A stretch of 64,000 nt of DNA from Promethearchaeota archaeon (GCA_048940445.1 JBHLON010000005.1:59125-123124), one strand, 5' to 3'; counted from the first letter of the stretch, positions 8,487-18,572 are shown. Notes: generated from the sequence alone by a model not told the origin. Program-made: numbers and translations.

Positions 8487-8924
8487 ATGGAACATATTCC
8501 TGCTACTGAAATTGAGATTGACCAAGAAATTTTAGATGAATTAATGCGCAATTTAGAGCATTTAGAAAGCTCTACCGACCTTGAGGGTACTGCTTTAGTA
8601 TCTAAGACAGGATTAAGAATTGCTAGTTCTGAAACAGCAGATATAGTCGCTGATGTGTATAGCGCAAGTCCTGCAACATTAATTTCTTTAGGAGAGAAAA
8701 TAAGTACTGGTTTAGGTCAAGGGGAATTACGGGAAATCGTAATCAGAGGAGTAAAAGGATATACTATTATTATTGTGGGAGATGCGGATAATAATTTTAT
8801 GCTATTCACTAATTGTAAAAAAGGATATAAATTAGGTTATTATTTCCATAAAATCCGTAAATCATTTAAAGAAATGGAACCTACTCTTAAGAAAATACAA
8901 ACTTCTTACAGAAAATCTGTTTGA
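8487..8924 (+). CDS. Roadblock/LC7 (MglB-like) protein
   Basis: EGTALVSKTGLRIAS ... LGQGELREIVIRGVKGYTII pattern. Confidence 0.85.
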   Translation: MEHIPATEIEIDQEILDELMRNLEHLESSTDLEGTALVSKTGLRIASSETADIVADVYSASPATLISLGEKISTGLGQGELREIVIRGVKGYTIIIVGDADNNFMLFTNCKKGYKLGYYFHKIRKSFKEMEPTLKKIQTSYRKSV

Positions 8925-8941
8925 CTTAATATAAGTCAAGT

Positions 8942-10741
8942 TTAGCTTAATACCCATTTTACTATATCTCCATTATTAAGATAATAGAGATTCGCGGCAG
9001 CTACCACGTATTCATCATTTACATAAAAAAGCCAGTTTCCATATGTTCCGTTTATTGCTTCTACTAGATATCCCATTTCTCCATAATTTTTATAAATTAC
9101 TTCACAGCTATAATTCAAAGCATCAAAGGCTGTTGTTTTATGATTAATTAAATTTATATTATCTACTGTTATTATTGTACCATTTCCATAGTCAACCATT
9201 AAAGTAATATTATTAACCTCTTGCTTGGGTTCATTTGGGACACTGACAGATAGGGTAGAGATATAAATAAATAGTGAACTGAAACTAGCAATACCTAGAA
9301 CTGCAATAAGAGTATATTTATTTAATTTTTTATATTTAGGTTGAAATTTTGTAACGATTAAAGAGCTTATAGCTAAAAAACTGCTTATAGAAATAACTAG
9401 AAGATAGGGAAAAAGCACTAATATCAAATTGACTTGTGGATTAGGGGGTAAAATACTATACAATGGATGATAACCTTGAATTCTTATCTCAAGTAAATAA
9501 TTCCCTATTGATGTTTTTGCCCATAATAATAAACCGGTCTGCTTTTCATAAATTAGGGTTGTTTTTTGAGCTCCTCCAATCTGATTGAATTGTATTTTTA
9601 AGGTTAAATCCGACTCTTGAATTTCAACATTACCAGAAATAAATCCGTTAGCTTCTTGGAAAGCTAATTGCTTAATTCCGGTAATATTGTTAGCCATAGT
9701 AATCCGAAATCCTGGCTGAAAAGTATTATATCCAAGTATTAAATTATATGCAATCTCACTATTTGAGCGGTTAAATAAGGTGAAATTTGAAATTAATATA
9801 CCTGAGAAATTTTCAAAAATTTTAATATCTAACCACGGAATTGGATTTTTGAAAATGTTTCCCCAATCGTTCTTATCTTTATTAAACAACCCAGTAAAGT
9901 TAATAGTAATTAATCCGGAAGGATTAGTTCGAAAATTACCCTCAAAAGAATCAGCTGGCCATGGTGTGAAATTATACCAGCTAGAAGACCCTCCGAAATC
10001 ATCTACTATGTAATCATAATTTTTATCTTCACTCATTGTGAAATTTATCGAGGAGATTTCAAGTCTATAATTTCCTACTTTAGTTTTAGCCCAAATCAAT
10101 AGGCCACTCAATTTATCATATTTAAGGTAGGTTCTTTGAGTTCCATATGATTGTTCATAACTAATATAAAGAAAGTGATAAGATTCTTCAGTCTTGAGTT
10201 CTCCAGAAAAGAAACCAGATACTTGTTCTTGAGCTACATTTTTGATATAAGTCATGTTATCCACAGGAATTAGAAAGCCTGGTTGAAACTGGTTGAATCC
10301 TAAAATTAAATTATAAGCGATTTCACTATTAGAACGATTTGCTAAAGTAAAGTTTGCTTTAAGCAATCCTAGATCGTTTTCAAATATCTCAATATTCATC
10401 CAAGGGATTGGATTCGTAAACATATTTCCCCAATCATTTTGATCTTTATCATAAAATCCTGTAAAATTGATTATTATTTGTCCATTTGGATTAGTTTTAA
10501 AATTTCCTTCAAAGGAATCTGATGGAGATGGGGTAAAATTGTACCAACTAGAAATACCTCCAAAATCAGACACATTATAGATATAGACCCCATTTAGATC
10601 AATATCATTAGAATATAATTCTGGAATTGAACTATTACAAGATATTGGAGAAAAATCATTACCAAATATTAGAGTATCAAATAATAAGAAAGAGAAAAAC
10701 AATATTCCAATCTTAATATTAGTCATAAGAATCAAGGACAT
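8942..10741 (-). CDS. Membrane-anchored surface glycoprotein: two ~185-aa repeats, TM hairpin, C-terminal DUF4430/transcobalamin-like domain
   Basis: Signal-like N-terminus; duplicated domain; two TMs; C-terminal VDYGNG..TAFDAL..GYLVEAING..WLFYVND..GDIVKW; many NxS/T sequons. Confidence 0.8.
   Translation of the reverse strand: MSLILMTNIKIGILFFSFLLFDTLIFGNDFSPISCNSSIPELYSNDIDLNGVYIYNVSDFGGISSWYNFTPSPSDSFEGNFKTNPNGQIIINFTGFYDKDQNDWGNMFTNPIPWMNIEIFENDLGLLKANFTLANRSNSEIAYNLILGFNQFQPGFLIPVDNMTYIKNVAQEQVSGFFSGELKTEESYHFLYISYEQSYGTQRTYLKYDKLSGLLIWAKTKVGNYRLEISSINFTMSEDKNYDYIVDDFGGSSSWYNFTPWPADSFEGNFRTNPSGLITINFTGLFNKDKNDWGNIFKNPIPWLDIKIFENFSGILISNFTLFNRSNSEIAYNLILGYNTFQPGFRITMANNITGIKQLAFQEANGFISGNVEIQESDLTLKIQFNQIGGAQKTTLIYEKQTGLLLWAKTSIGNYLLEIRIQGYHPLYSILPPNPQVNLILVLFPYLLVISISSFLAISSLIVTKFQPKYKKLNKYTLIAVLGIASFSSLFIYISTLSVSVPNEPKQEVNNITLMVDYGNGTIITVDNINLINHKTTAFDALNYSCEVIYKNYGEMGYLVEAINGTYGNWLFYVNDEYVVAAANLYYLNNGDIVKWVLS
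9478..10582 (-). repeat. Internal tandem domain duplication (about 10582-10048 and 10021-9478)
   Basis: DFGGISSWYNFTPSPSDSFEGNFKTNP..DWGNMFTNPIPW versus DFGGSSSWYNFTPWPADSFEGNFRTNP..DWGNIFKNPIPW; NRSNSEIAYNLILG is identical in both. Confidence 0.92.
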
Positions 10742-10849
10742 TAGGATAAATTACCTATATCATATTATTGTTTTTTATAATATTTAATATTTTACAATAG
10801 ATTTATAAGGAAAAAAATTATTTTTTATATTAGGAAACTTATCCAGGTT

Positions 10850-11521
10850 ATGAAATCATTGGAAGAAAGTTTAGAATTAGATAGAAAGGAAACTTACAAT
10901 GGTTCAGTATGGTTTCAGAAAAGAACACTCCGAATTGCCTTGGTAAGTTCTTTTACAGGATTAGCTGTAGTTTTAGGGTATGCATTAGCATATCTTCCTA
11001 ATATTGAAGTATTTACAATGATGATATTTCTGGGAGGGTTTATATTAGGTAAAAGAGATGGGCTAATAATAGGCGTTTTGAGCTCATTAATTTTTGTAAT
11101 TTTAAATCCTTATGGAGCATCACCACTTTTTCTTTTAAGTTATCAAATTTCTCATTATTCCTTAGTTGGGCTGATTGGTGGTGTTGTAAAGAATTATCTG
11201 AGTAAAAAGAATTATTTTAAACCAAAAAGAGATTTATACTTGTTTCAAATAATGTTCATTCTTGGTTGTATTGGAGCATTTATCACATTTTTTTATGATT
11301 TAATTAGTACGTTAATAGGAGCGTTTATAGTTACTTTTAGGTTTTCATCATTTCCCACAACTATGGAATTCTTCTCACAACTACAAGTTTCTTACAATTT
11401 TTTTATTATATCTTATATTTATGGAATCCCTTTTACAGCTATTCACCTAATAGGAAATACACTTGAGTTTATATTTATTTTACCTGGATTAATCAGCTTA
11501 ATATATAAATTATTAAATTAG
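10850..11521 (+). CDS. ECF transporter S component, CbrT-like (possibly cobalamin)
   Basis: About 6 TMs; LPNIE..T motif after TM1; NPYG; C-terminal GIPF..IHLIGN. Confidence 0.75.
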   Translation: MKSLEESLELDRKETYNGSVWFQKRTLRIALVSSFTGLAVVLGYALAYLPNIEVFTMMIFLGGFILGKRDGLIIGVLSSLIFVILNPYGASPLFLLSYQISHYSLVGLIGGVVKNYLSKKNYFKPKRDLYLFQIMFILGCIGAFITFFYDLISTLIGAFIVTFRFSSFPTTMEFFSQLQVSYNFFIISYIYGIPFTAIHLIGNTLEFIFILPGLISLIYKLLN

Positions 11522-11555
11522 AATAACTTAAGTTTAAGATATTAAAAGTGGATAA

Positions 11556-12035
11556 TTATTCTGTTTGTGCTAGAAGGGTTACTTTTCCTCCTGCTGCTTC
11601 AATTTTTTCTATTGCTTGTTTTGAGGCTTTATTTACTGAAAGATTTATTTTTTTATTAATATCTCCACGACCTAATACCTTTTGAATATTAATATCGTTT
11701 AAATTAATGCTATACGTATTTCCAGATTTTATTGCAACCTTCTCTAGAACTAAATCATCAATTTTTAAATCTAAATCTTTTACATTAAGAGCTTTTGTTT
11801 GATGAATACGGGTCATATCTTGAGGTCGTTTGAAACCCTTTGCTCCTATTTTCCATTCAGGATCAGGAAAACCAAGTTCTTTTTGTTTATAGTAATATGA
11901 TTTCATACTTTTATTCCATTGAGTTGTTTTACCTCGGCCTGCCCTTTGTCCAGTTTTCCGATGTTGTCCAACTCGCCCAAATCCACATGTTCGAGTTCCT
12001 CTCTTTTTTCTTATTTTTCGGGGATATTTTCTCAT
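11556..12035 (-). CDS. rpl15: 50S ribosomal protein uL15
   Basis: RGTRTCGFGRVGQHR; KVLGRG; AIEKIEAAGG. Confidence 0.97.
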   Translation of the reverse strand: MRKYPRKIRKKRGTRTCGFGRVGQHRKTGQRAGRGKTTQWNKSMKSYYYKQKELGFPDPEWKIGAKGFKRPQDMTRIHQTKALNVKDLDLKIDDLVLEKVAIKSGNTYSINLNDINIQKVLGRGDINKKINLSVNKASKQAIEKIEAAGGKVTLLAQTE

Positions 12036-12047
12036 CTATAACACCTT

Positions 12048-12590
12048 TTAAATCATTTTATGAATTAATTCATTTATATAATTTTTAACGTATCCTAAGC
12101 TACCACCTTCTCCATAATGGAGTTTTATAGAACCTCGATAACCTTTTTTAGGTGGATGTAAACGGAAAACTGGTTTGATTTTGTAGATATCTTTTTTTCT
12201 ATATTGGATATCTCCTTTTAATAAAGCTTTAGCAAGTTCCTTTATACTTTTATATTCAGTTAAATTTTTGATATGTTCATCTGTAAGCGGTTTATTTCCT
12301 TCTACTTTTCCTCTTACTCTTAAAAGTCTAATTAATGTTTTTTCATCTATTTCACCAAAAGCAATATAATCTTTACATTTGTTCAGCATTCCTAAATAGC
12401 TTTTTTCTCCCCAAATAAGTACTCCATGGTTAACTTTAAACATTCTTAGCATTTTTAGAGTGTCTAAGATAGTTCTCTTCATTCCAGGAGCCCCTCTTAT
12501 CCTAATTGCAAAATATAAGACAGGTGTAAATTCTTTTACTTTATGTTTTTTTTTAGTGATTGATTCATTGTCTGCTATCATTTTAATCAT
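12048..12590 (-). CDS. rpl30: 50S ribosomal protein uL30 (archaeal long form)
   Basis: AIRIRG; FRLHPPKKG; operon position. Confidence 0.96.
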   Translation of the reverse strand: MIKMIADNESITKKKHKVKEFTPVLYFAIRIRGAPGMKRTILDTLKMLRMFKVNHGVLIWGEKSYLGMLNKCKDYIAFGEIDEKTLIRLLRVRGKVEGNKPLTDEHIKNLTEYKSIKELAKALLKGDIQYRKKDIYKIKPVFRLHPPKKGYRGSIKLHYGEGGSLGYVKNYINELIHKMI

Positions 12591-12598
12591 TACTCTTG

Positions 12599-13213
12599 TT
12601 ATACTTTAAAATTATATTTATGGGCATTTTTAAGGGCATTAAATGTCGCTTTTACAAGGTTTTCGCTTGTTCGCGTATCACCATAAGTCTTACTCCAAAT
12701 ATCTTCGATACCCGCTAGTTTTAGTAATTGCTTTACCTTATCTGCTGATGCCAATCCCACTCCTGCAGGTGCAGGAATCAATCGGATTCGCACTGAACCA
12801 CATTTTCCATCAGTTTTAAATGGGATACTATGTATACCACCACAACCACATTCTTTACTCCCACATCCTCTAAGTACAGGAATTACAGACAATTTTGCTT
12901 TATCTATTGCTTTTCTTATTGCAGGACCTACTTCACGTGATTTAGCTGAGCCAATTCCGATGAATCCATCGGCTCCTACCAATACAACAGCTTTAAATTT
13001 GGAACGTTGACCACTTGCACTCATTTGTTGAACCATTGATATTTTTACAACATCTTCACGTAATTGTGGAAGTAATATATCAATTATTTCCTTTTCTTTA
13101 ACAACCAAATTATTCGCAAAAATTTTATCCAATGTAATTAATCCTTCTCGAACTAATTCTCCCAAACGAGTTCTGGGTACCCAGGTTTCTTCAATATTCC
13201 TCAAACGACTCAT
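12599..13213 (-). CDS. rps5: 30S ribosomal protein uS5
   Basis: WVPRTRLG; GCGSKECGCG; LIPAPAGVG. Confidence 0.97.
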   Translation of the reverse strand: MSRLRNIEETWVPRTRLGELVREGLITLDKIFANNLVVKEKEIIDILLPQLREDVVKISMVQQMSASGQRSKFKAVVLVGADGFIGIGSAKSREVGPAIRKAIDKAKLSVIPVLRGCGSKECGCGGIHSIPFKTDGKCGSVRIRLIPAPAGVGLASADKVKQLLKLAGIEDIWSKTYGDTRTSENLVKATFNALKNAHKYNFKV

Positions 13214-13227
13214 ACAACTTCACATCC

Positions 13228-13821
13228 TTAAGGTTTACTTTTAATAGATTTCAACGTAGCTGAAAACATTTGATTAATCTTTAGTGGATTTATTTTATTA
13301 CTATTTAAGTATCCTGAAAATATTTTTTCATACTTTTCAGGATTTTCATCTTTTAACATCTTAGCATATTTTTCAATATGTAAACCTTCTATTCTTTCTT
13401 GAAGATTTTCTGGAAAGAATCCTTCACTATAAGGAATCTCTAAACCAGCATCTATTACTCCTTTGGACGCTGCTATCAACCTATTGCGATGATATAAGAT
13501 CCCCAAATCTAAGATGGCTTTTGATATATTTTGCTTTTTTGCTCTTAAACCAAGGAGATAACCGGTTAAATAAGCTGTAGGTATATTACCAGTATTTGCC
13601 TTCCAACCATACTTATTCGTTAACTCTTTAGAAAAAGCTGAAGAGAGAATTTTATCTCCTCCAAGTTTAGATTGAACAGCTTGAACTAGTATATGATTAT
13701 TTGATGCTCTAGCTACAATCCGTAATTGATTTGATTTTAGAAATTTCAATCTTCTATGATAGTTTGTTTTACCTATCAATCTTCTTCTAAATGGTCGTTT
13801 ATACTTTGGCCCTTTTGTCAT
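13228..13821 (-). CDS. rpl18: 50S ribosomal protein uL18
   Basis: RRRLIGKTNYHRR; TGNIPTAYLTG. Confidence 0.97.
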   Translation of the reverse strand: MTKGPKYKRPFRRRLIGKTNYHRRLKFLKSNQLRIVARASNNHILVQAVQSKLGGDKILSSAFSKELTNKYGWKANTGNIPTAYLTGYLLGLRAKKQNISKAILDLGILYHRNRLIAASKGVIDAGLEIPYSEGFFPENLQERIEGLHIEKYAKMLKDENPEKYEKIFSGYLNSNKINPLKINQMFSATLKSIKSKP

Positions 13822-13823
13822 TT

Positions 13824-14279
13824 TTACCTTCCTCTCCTTAGTAATTCTTTTTCTCTGATATATCGATTCATTTGAGCTACACTCGCAAACATTCCTCCTT
13901 TAGCATTTTTATATAATCTCCGATAGTTACTAGCAGTAATTAATTTTCTATTTCTTAACTTCTTTAATTCCCTTCTCTGAGGTCTTATTCTTCTTATCCA
14001 ATCTCTTTTCTTGGGGGTTCTAGCAGTTTTTTTACCTTTTCTTTTTCCTAAACCTCTTGCTCTTCCTTTTTTCTTCCTTTGATGATGTAATTTCTTGCGA
14101 TAATTTGAAATTCCTTTTTTATATTTCTTTTGTATTATACCATCTTTGATTAAACTTCGTATATCCTCTCTAGTTATAGCTAATTGAATATCATCTATTA
14201 AATAGGGGTCAAAATATACTCGATTCTCACCACACTTTAATATTTCTGCCGCCATTCTTTTTTGGGCCTTTAAACTCAT
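13824..14279 (-). CDS. rpl19e: 50S ribosomal protein eL19
   Basis: QKRMAAEILKCGENRV; GKRKG; LYKNAKGG. Confidence 0.97.
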   Translation of the reverse strand: MSLKAQKRMAAEILKCGENRVYFDPYLIDDIQLAITREDIRSLIKDGIIQKKYKKGISNYRKKLHHQRKKKGRARGLGKRKGKKTARTPKKRDWIRRIRPQRRELKKLRNRKLITASNYRRLYKNAKGGMFASVAQMNRYIREKELLRRGR

Positions 14280-14299
14280 AATTTCACACCTATATAAAA

Positions 14300-14779
14300 T
14301 TAATTTTCATCTAATGATTCTTCCAGATCATCTATATCAACTTCTTCCATATCTTTAAGAGGACTCTCTAGTAATGATTCAAATCGTTCTAATTCTTTTT
14401 GAGCAATTCCTAAATTAAGTATTTTAAATCCTCTACTCTGAGCATAATCAACTAAAGCAATTCTCTTCTTAGCACCTAATTTTCCTGAAAATTTTATCGC
14501 ATGCTTTTTATTATTCAATCCATTAAAATCTTTTAAATTAAAAACTCTTATTTCCTCATATCCAGAGGGATGGTATCCTCTCACTTTCCTAGGACTTCTA
14601 TAACCAACAGTTGGGGATTTTACACCACTTTTTTCTTTTTTTCTTGTCTGTGAATCAATTCCTCTGGCTTTTCTCCATGAATCTTTCAATTTTTTATATC
14701 TCCATGATTCAACACGCCTAAATGATGGTCTTTTCTTTTTTAATCTCTCTCTTATTTGAAATAATCTTTCTTTTTCCAT
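14300..14779 (-). CDS. rpl32e: 50S ribosomal protein eL32 with acidic C-terminal tail
   Basis: WRKARGIDS; GYRSP; HPSGY. Confidence 0.97.
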   Translation of the reverse strand: MEKERLFQIRERLKKKRPSFRRVESWRYKKLKDSWRKARGIDSQTRKKEKSGVKSPTVGYRSPRKVRGYHPSGYEEIRVFNLKDFNGLNNKKHAIKFSGKLGAKKRIALVDYAQSRGFKILNLGIAQKELERFESLLESPLKDMEEVDIDDLEESLDEN

Positions 14780-14793
14780 TTCTTTTCACTTTC

Positions 14794-15372
14794 TTATCTT
14801 ATTTGCCAGAGAATTTCTTCTCCTAATTTAATTTTATAGAGATAAATTCCATCTTGAAACACCCGAGGATCCTTCTTCTTAATTCTACAACACTTTTTAA
14901 GATTTGCTGCTGTTTGTCCTAATTTTTCCTTATCTGGTCCTATTAAGATAATATCATCACCTTCAATCTTTACTTCTACATTATCAAGGTATTTCGCTAT
15001 CCTTGGGGCTCTTTCACCTAAAAAGTTAATAACATGAATTTCTTTTTTGTTTGGTTTGACTTCTGCATTAAATGGAAAATGAGAATATGCCATTTTACAG
15101 AAATACTCGTAATTAGTTAGAACTCCAGTTATAATACTCTTAATGATGTTATATATGGTATTAGTTAAAGCAAGTGTACCGCTTTTGGGAAAGTAGGTTG
15201 AAAATATTATATTTTGGCCCTCAATTAAGACTTTAACACCCCTAATATGGGAAAAATCTTTTGTAATTTCTCCATTCGGTCCATTTACGATTATATGTTG
15301 ATCATCCCCTAATGTAACTTTCACATTTTTGGGAATCTCTAATTCTTGCTTAAAAAATGCTGTCTTTACCAT
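14794..15372 (-). CDS. rpl6: 50S ribosomal protein uL6
   Basis: YSHFP; NFLGERAPR; KDPRVFQDGIY. Confidence 0.97.
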   Translation of the reverse strand: MVKTAFFKQELEIPKNVKVTLGDDQHIIVNGPNGEITKDFSHIRGVKVLIEGQNIIFSTYFPKSGTLALTNTIYNIIKSIITGVLTNYEYFCKMAYSHFPFNAEVKPNKKEIHVINFLGERAPRIAKYLDNVEVKIEGDDIILIGPDKEKLGQTAANLKKCCRIKKKDPRVFQDGIYLYKIKLGEEILWQIR

Positions 15373-15393
15373 TATGAACTACCTTTGATCCAT

Positions 15394-15777
15394 TTAATAA
15401 ATATAACATAAAGTCACACCACCAATATTTTTCTCTTCTGCTTCCTTCATAGTAATTATACCTTGATTTGTGGTCATAATTATTAGTCCTAGTCCTGGTG
15501 CCGGTAAAAGTTTCCTTTCAAGCATTTCAAATTGAGACATTTTGTAATTAAGTCTTAATAGTCCCTTCGCTTCATTTATTTTACCTAATAATGCTATCCT
15601 AAATTTTCCATGACGTCCATCATCATATCGTTCGAATTCCCCAATATATGCATTTTTTTGGAGGATTAATAATATTTTTTGTATTAATTTTGATGCTGGA
15701 CTTATAACTACTTCTTTCTTTCTTGCTCTTTCAGCATTACGTATCATATTCATTGCATCTGCGATTGTATTTACCAA
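15394..15777 (-). CDS. rps8: 30S ribosomal protein uS8 (TTG start)
   Basis: YIGEFERYDDGR; LLPAPGLG; TTNQGI. Confidence 0.97.
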   Translation of the reverse strand: MVNTIADAMNMIRNAERARKKEVVISPASKLIQKILLILQKNAYIGEFERYDDGRHGKFRIALLGKINEAKGLLRLNYKMSQFEMLERKLLPAPGLGLIIMTTNQGIITMKEAEEKNIGGVTLCYIY

Positions 15778-15798
15778 TTTTTACACCTCTTTTTAAAT

Positions 15799-15954
15799 CT
15801 AATCAAATCTTTTAAATCCTATAGCTTTACCAATCTCATAAAAACATCTTCTACATATATATAAACCATATCGCCTAATTATTCCTCTGTGAGTCCCACA
15901 TCTTCTGCAGGTTCGGGTTCCTTTACCAATTTTACCTTGAGGCACTTGTATCAT
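15799..15954 (-). CDS. rps14: 30S ribosomal protein uS14, zinc-binding, 51 aa (not in ORF track)
   Basis: Translated by hand: MIQVPQGKIGKGTRTCRRCGTHRGIIRRYGLYICRRCFYEIGKAIGFKRFD; canonical position between uL5 and uS8. Confidence 0.96.
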   Translation of the reverse strand: MIQVPQGKIGKGTRTCRRCGTHRGIIRRYGLYICRRCFYEIGKAIGFKRFD

Positions 15955-15976
15955 CTACTTTTTATTTTAACCATAT

Positions 15977-16582
15977 TTACATAAATTCTAAATCTAAACG
16001 TTCTACAATTTCCACTCCAAAATTTTTTTCTAGGAAATATTGAGTTTCTGTTTTAGAAACATAATGATGCTTTGGAATTTTGCCTTTTGTTTGCCTTCTA
16101 AATTTAATTCTCATACCAGGTCTTGTAATTCGTCCAACTACATCTAAACCCCAGATTCCTATTAAATTATCATATTCAATACCTGGTATCGATATATGTT
16201 CAGTTATTCCAAAACCAAAATTACCATAATTATCAAAACTCTTACGCAGAATTTTATTATTATTTACAATTAATAGTCTTTTGAGTAATTTCTCAGCTTC
16301 ACTACCCCTTATCGTAACCATTGTTCCAATAGGTCTTCCTTTCCTTAAATTAAATTCTTTTATATTTTTTTTTGATAAAGTTTTTACTGGTTTTCTGCCA
16401 GTAATGGTCTCTAAGACTTTTATTGCTCTTTCTAACTCTTCTCCACCACTACCAACACCAATATTCAATATAACTTTCTCTAAAAATGGACGCTTCATTG
16501 GATTCTCCCACATTTTCTCAAACTGTTCAGTTACTTCTTTTGGGGTCCTTTTTCTGGTTTTTACTGACATTTTAATTATCAT
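15977..16582 (-). CDS. rpl5: 50S ribosomal protein uL5
   Basis: NPM; KVILNIGVG; FDNYGNFGFGITEHI. Confidence 0.97.
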   Translation of the reverse strand: MIIKMSVKTRKRTPKEVTEQFEKMWENPMKRPFLEKVILNIGVGSGGEELERAIKVLETITGRKPVKTLSKKNIKEFNLRKGRPIGTMVTIRGSEAEKLLKRLLIVNNNKILRKSFDNYGNFGFGITEHISIPGIEYDNLIGIWGLDVVGRITRPGMRIKFRRQTKGKIPKHHYVSKTETQYFLEKNFGVEIVERLDLEFM

Positions 16583-16594
16583 CTCTTCTTATAA

Positions 16595-17350
16595 TTAACT
16601 TTGAGTTTCGGGGAGACTAATTTCAGGCTTATCTTCTCCAATAACGAAAGTATAATCATACAGAGTTTCGGTGTGTTCAGAATTGTGTTGGATCGAAACC
16701 GTGCTGGCTTTTGGCCCATATCGTTTTAAAATGGAGATAATTTTACCCACCTGCCCAATATTTTTACCTGCCATTATAACGGCTAGATTACCTTCTTTAA
16801 ATCTAATAACTTTCTCAATTTGTTGTTCTGGCAATGTGATCTTCAAAACATCCATCCTTTTATATATGTCATCTTTAGGATTTTGGGGATCTTTTATTTG
16901 AATTAAAATGTTTCTTCCATCGTGCAAATTTAATTGAAGGTTTCCACCTTTAACAGTGGTTTTTTGATTTATTCTACATAATTTATAATTACTCTCTTTC
17001 TCAGAAATTTCATGAAGGATTAAACCGTAGTGAGAATCTGGAAGTATCCGGTAATATTTATTCATTTTCTCAATAGTTAATACATCCATCAATCCAACAG
17101 GAAATGCTTTATCTTTGACTGTTTTCCCATCTACTTTGATGTACCCAAGGCCTATTAATTTTTTCGCTTCTCTATGAAAATTTACAATCTTAAGATTGTC
17201 TCTTATAATATGAAGTAGTGGTAAGCAAAATCGGTTTGGATGTGGTCCTGGAGAAGCCTTTATGAAGAACTTACCATGTTTCCTTTTAATTTGTAAAAAT
17301 TTAGGAGTATTAAGTCTTTTTAATATTTTTTTCCCTCCATGTTGGGTCAT
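16595..17350 (-). CDS. rps4e: 30S ribosomal protein eS4
   Basis: PGPH; FPVGLMDV; LNLHDGRN. Confidence 0.97.
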   Translation of the reverse strand: MTQHGGKKILKRLNTPKFLQIKRKHGKFFIKASPGPHPNRFCLPLLHIIRDNLKIVNFHREAKKLIGLGYIKVDGKTVKDKAFPVGLMDVLTIEKMNKYYRILPDSHYGLILHEISEKESNYKLCRINQKTTVKGGNLQLNLHDGRNILIQIKDPQNPKDDIYKRMDVLKITLPEQQIEKVIRFKEGNLAVIMAGKNIGQVGKIISILKRYGPKASTVSIQHNSEHTETLYDYTFVIGEDKPEISLPETQS

Positions 17351-17790
17351 TTATACTCCTCCTCTTTCAATTTTTTCGGAGCAACCAATTCTTCTTCACT
17401 AAATACATACACGGCCTTTCTTTCAATCATACTGGCTCTCCATGGATCTAATTTCTTTTCTTTACCCAATTTTGTCAATACAAGTTTAGAAATGTGAATT
17501 GAAGGGTTAAATTGAGTTCCGTCTGCTTTTTCAAATTGACATTCTTTGATCTTCGCTCTTTGATTTTTCGTAATTTCCAGAACTTCACCTTCGAAATCTT
17601 TGAACTCTCCCTTGCATACTTTTACTTGATCACCAACTCTTAATGGGAGTCTTTTGATCCCATATTCGTCTCTAAGAAAATCTGCTACTTTAGTTGATAA
17701 TAATTTAGCTCTTTGGTGAACTTTGTAATTAAACAATGCTTTTCTTTGTTTTCCTGGTTTTTTTGAAGTAATTTTCATACTCATTCTCAC
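17347..17790 (-). CDS. rpl24: 50S ribosomal protein uL24
   Basis: SKKPGKQRK; KOW motif VGDQVKVCKGEFK. Confidence 0.96.
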   Translation of the reverse strand: MRMSMKITSKKPGKQRKALFNYKVHQRAKLLSTKVADFLRDEYGIKRLPLRVGDQVKVCKGEFKDFEGEVLEITKNQRAKIKECQFEKADGTQFNPSIHISKLVLTKLGKEKKLDPWRASMIERKAVYVFSEEELVAPKKLKEEEYK

Positions 17791-17795
17791 TTTTT

Positions 17796-18221
17796 TTAAA
17801 TTATTAAAGATGAGATAGACGCTAGGCGAGGAAACAATTCAGCTGCTTCCCTTGCAATTGGTCCTCGAATTTCTGTTCCTTTAGGGTCTCCTTCTTTACT
17901 TATTATCACTCCAGCATTATCTTCAAAACATACACGTGTTCCGTCTAATCTTTTATAGATCTTCTTCTGCCGAACAATTACTGCTTTCATAATGTTTCCT
18001 CGCATATCTGGCCGTCCTTTTTTTATTGCTACTGAACAGACTGATCCTACCGTTGCTTTAGGTAATCGCCTTAGCCTCGTCTTTGTATGATCAACATTAA
18101 TTATCTCGGCAATTTTTGCTCCAGAATTATCTGTAATAAAAATCCTTGAAGAATTTTGAAGTCCATAGCTAGTTCTAGGTTTTACCATTTTCTTCCTTCC
18201 TGTCTTTCTTCTTGTTCCCAT
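17796..18221 (-). CDS. rpl14: 50S ribosomal protein uL14
   Basis: DNSGAK; FEDNAGVI; KGTEIRGPIARE. Confidence 0.97.
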   Translation of the reverse strand: MGTRRKTGRKKMVKPRTSYGLQNSSRIFITDNSGAKIAEIINVDHTKTRLRRLPKATVGSVCSVAIKKGRPDMRGNIMKAVIVRQKKIYKRLDGTRVCFEDNAGVIISKEGDPKGTEIRGPIAREAAELFPRLASISSLII

Positions 18222-18572
18222 CTACATCTCCTCACGTGATAGTTTATCTAATACAATAAATGCTTTCATCTTAGAGATTTTTCTACTCTCACCTACTCGC
18301 ACTAAATCTCCTAATTTAATTTCATTCTTTAAACAATCTGGTAAATGACACGCAAGACGTGTGTTACGTCTTTCATATCGTTGATATTTTTTAACGAAAT
18401 GAAGATAATCTCTTTTAATTATTATACTATTCCTGGATTTTTTACTTACAACTATTCCACTTGTTATTTTGCCTCGAATTCTTGTAGTCCCATGAAATGG
18501 ACAATATTTATCATTACATTCCTTTGTTTTAGGGGGTGTTACTCCAGGAATACCAATGTTTCGAATACTCAT
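18222..18572 (-). CDS. rps17: 30S ribosomal protein uS17
   Basis: CNDKYCPFHG; KKYQRYERR; GESRKISK. Confidence 0.97.
   Translation of the reverse strand: MSIRNIGIPGVTPPKTKECNDKYCPFHGTTRIRGKITSGIVVSKKSRNSIIIKRDYLHFVKKYQRYERRNTRLACHLPDCLKNEIKLGDLVRVGESRKISKMKAFIVLDKLSREEM

Noticed and set aside
10742-10849. Cobalamin riboswitch between the DUF4430 and ECF genes
   Set aside because: Only 108 bp, extremely AT-rich, with no B12-box.
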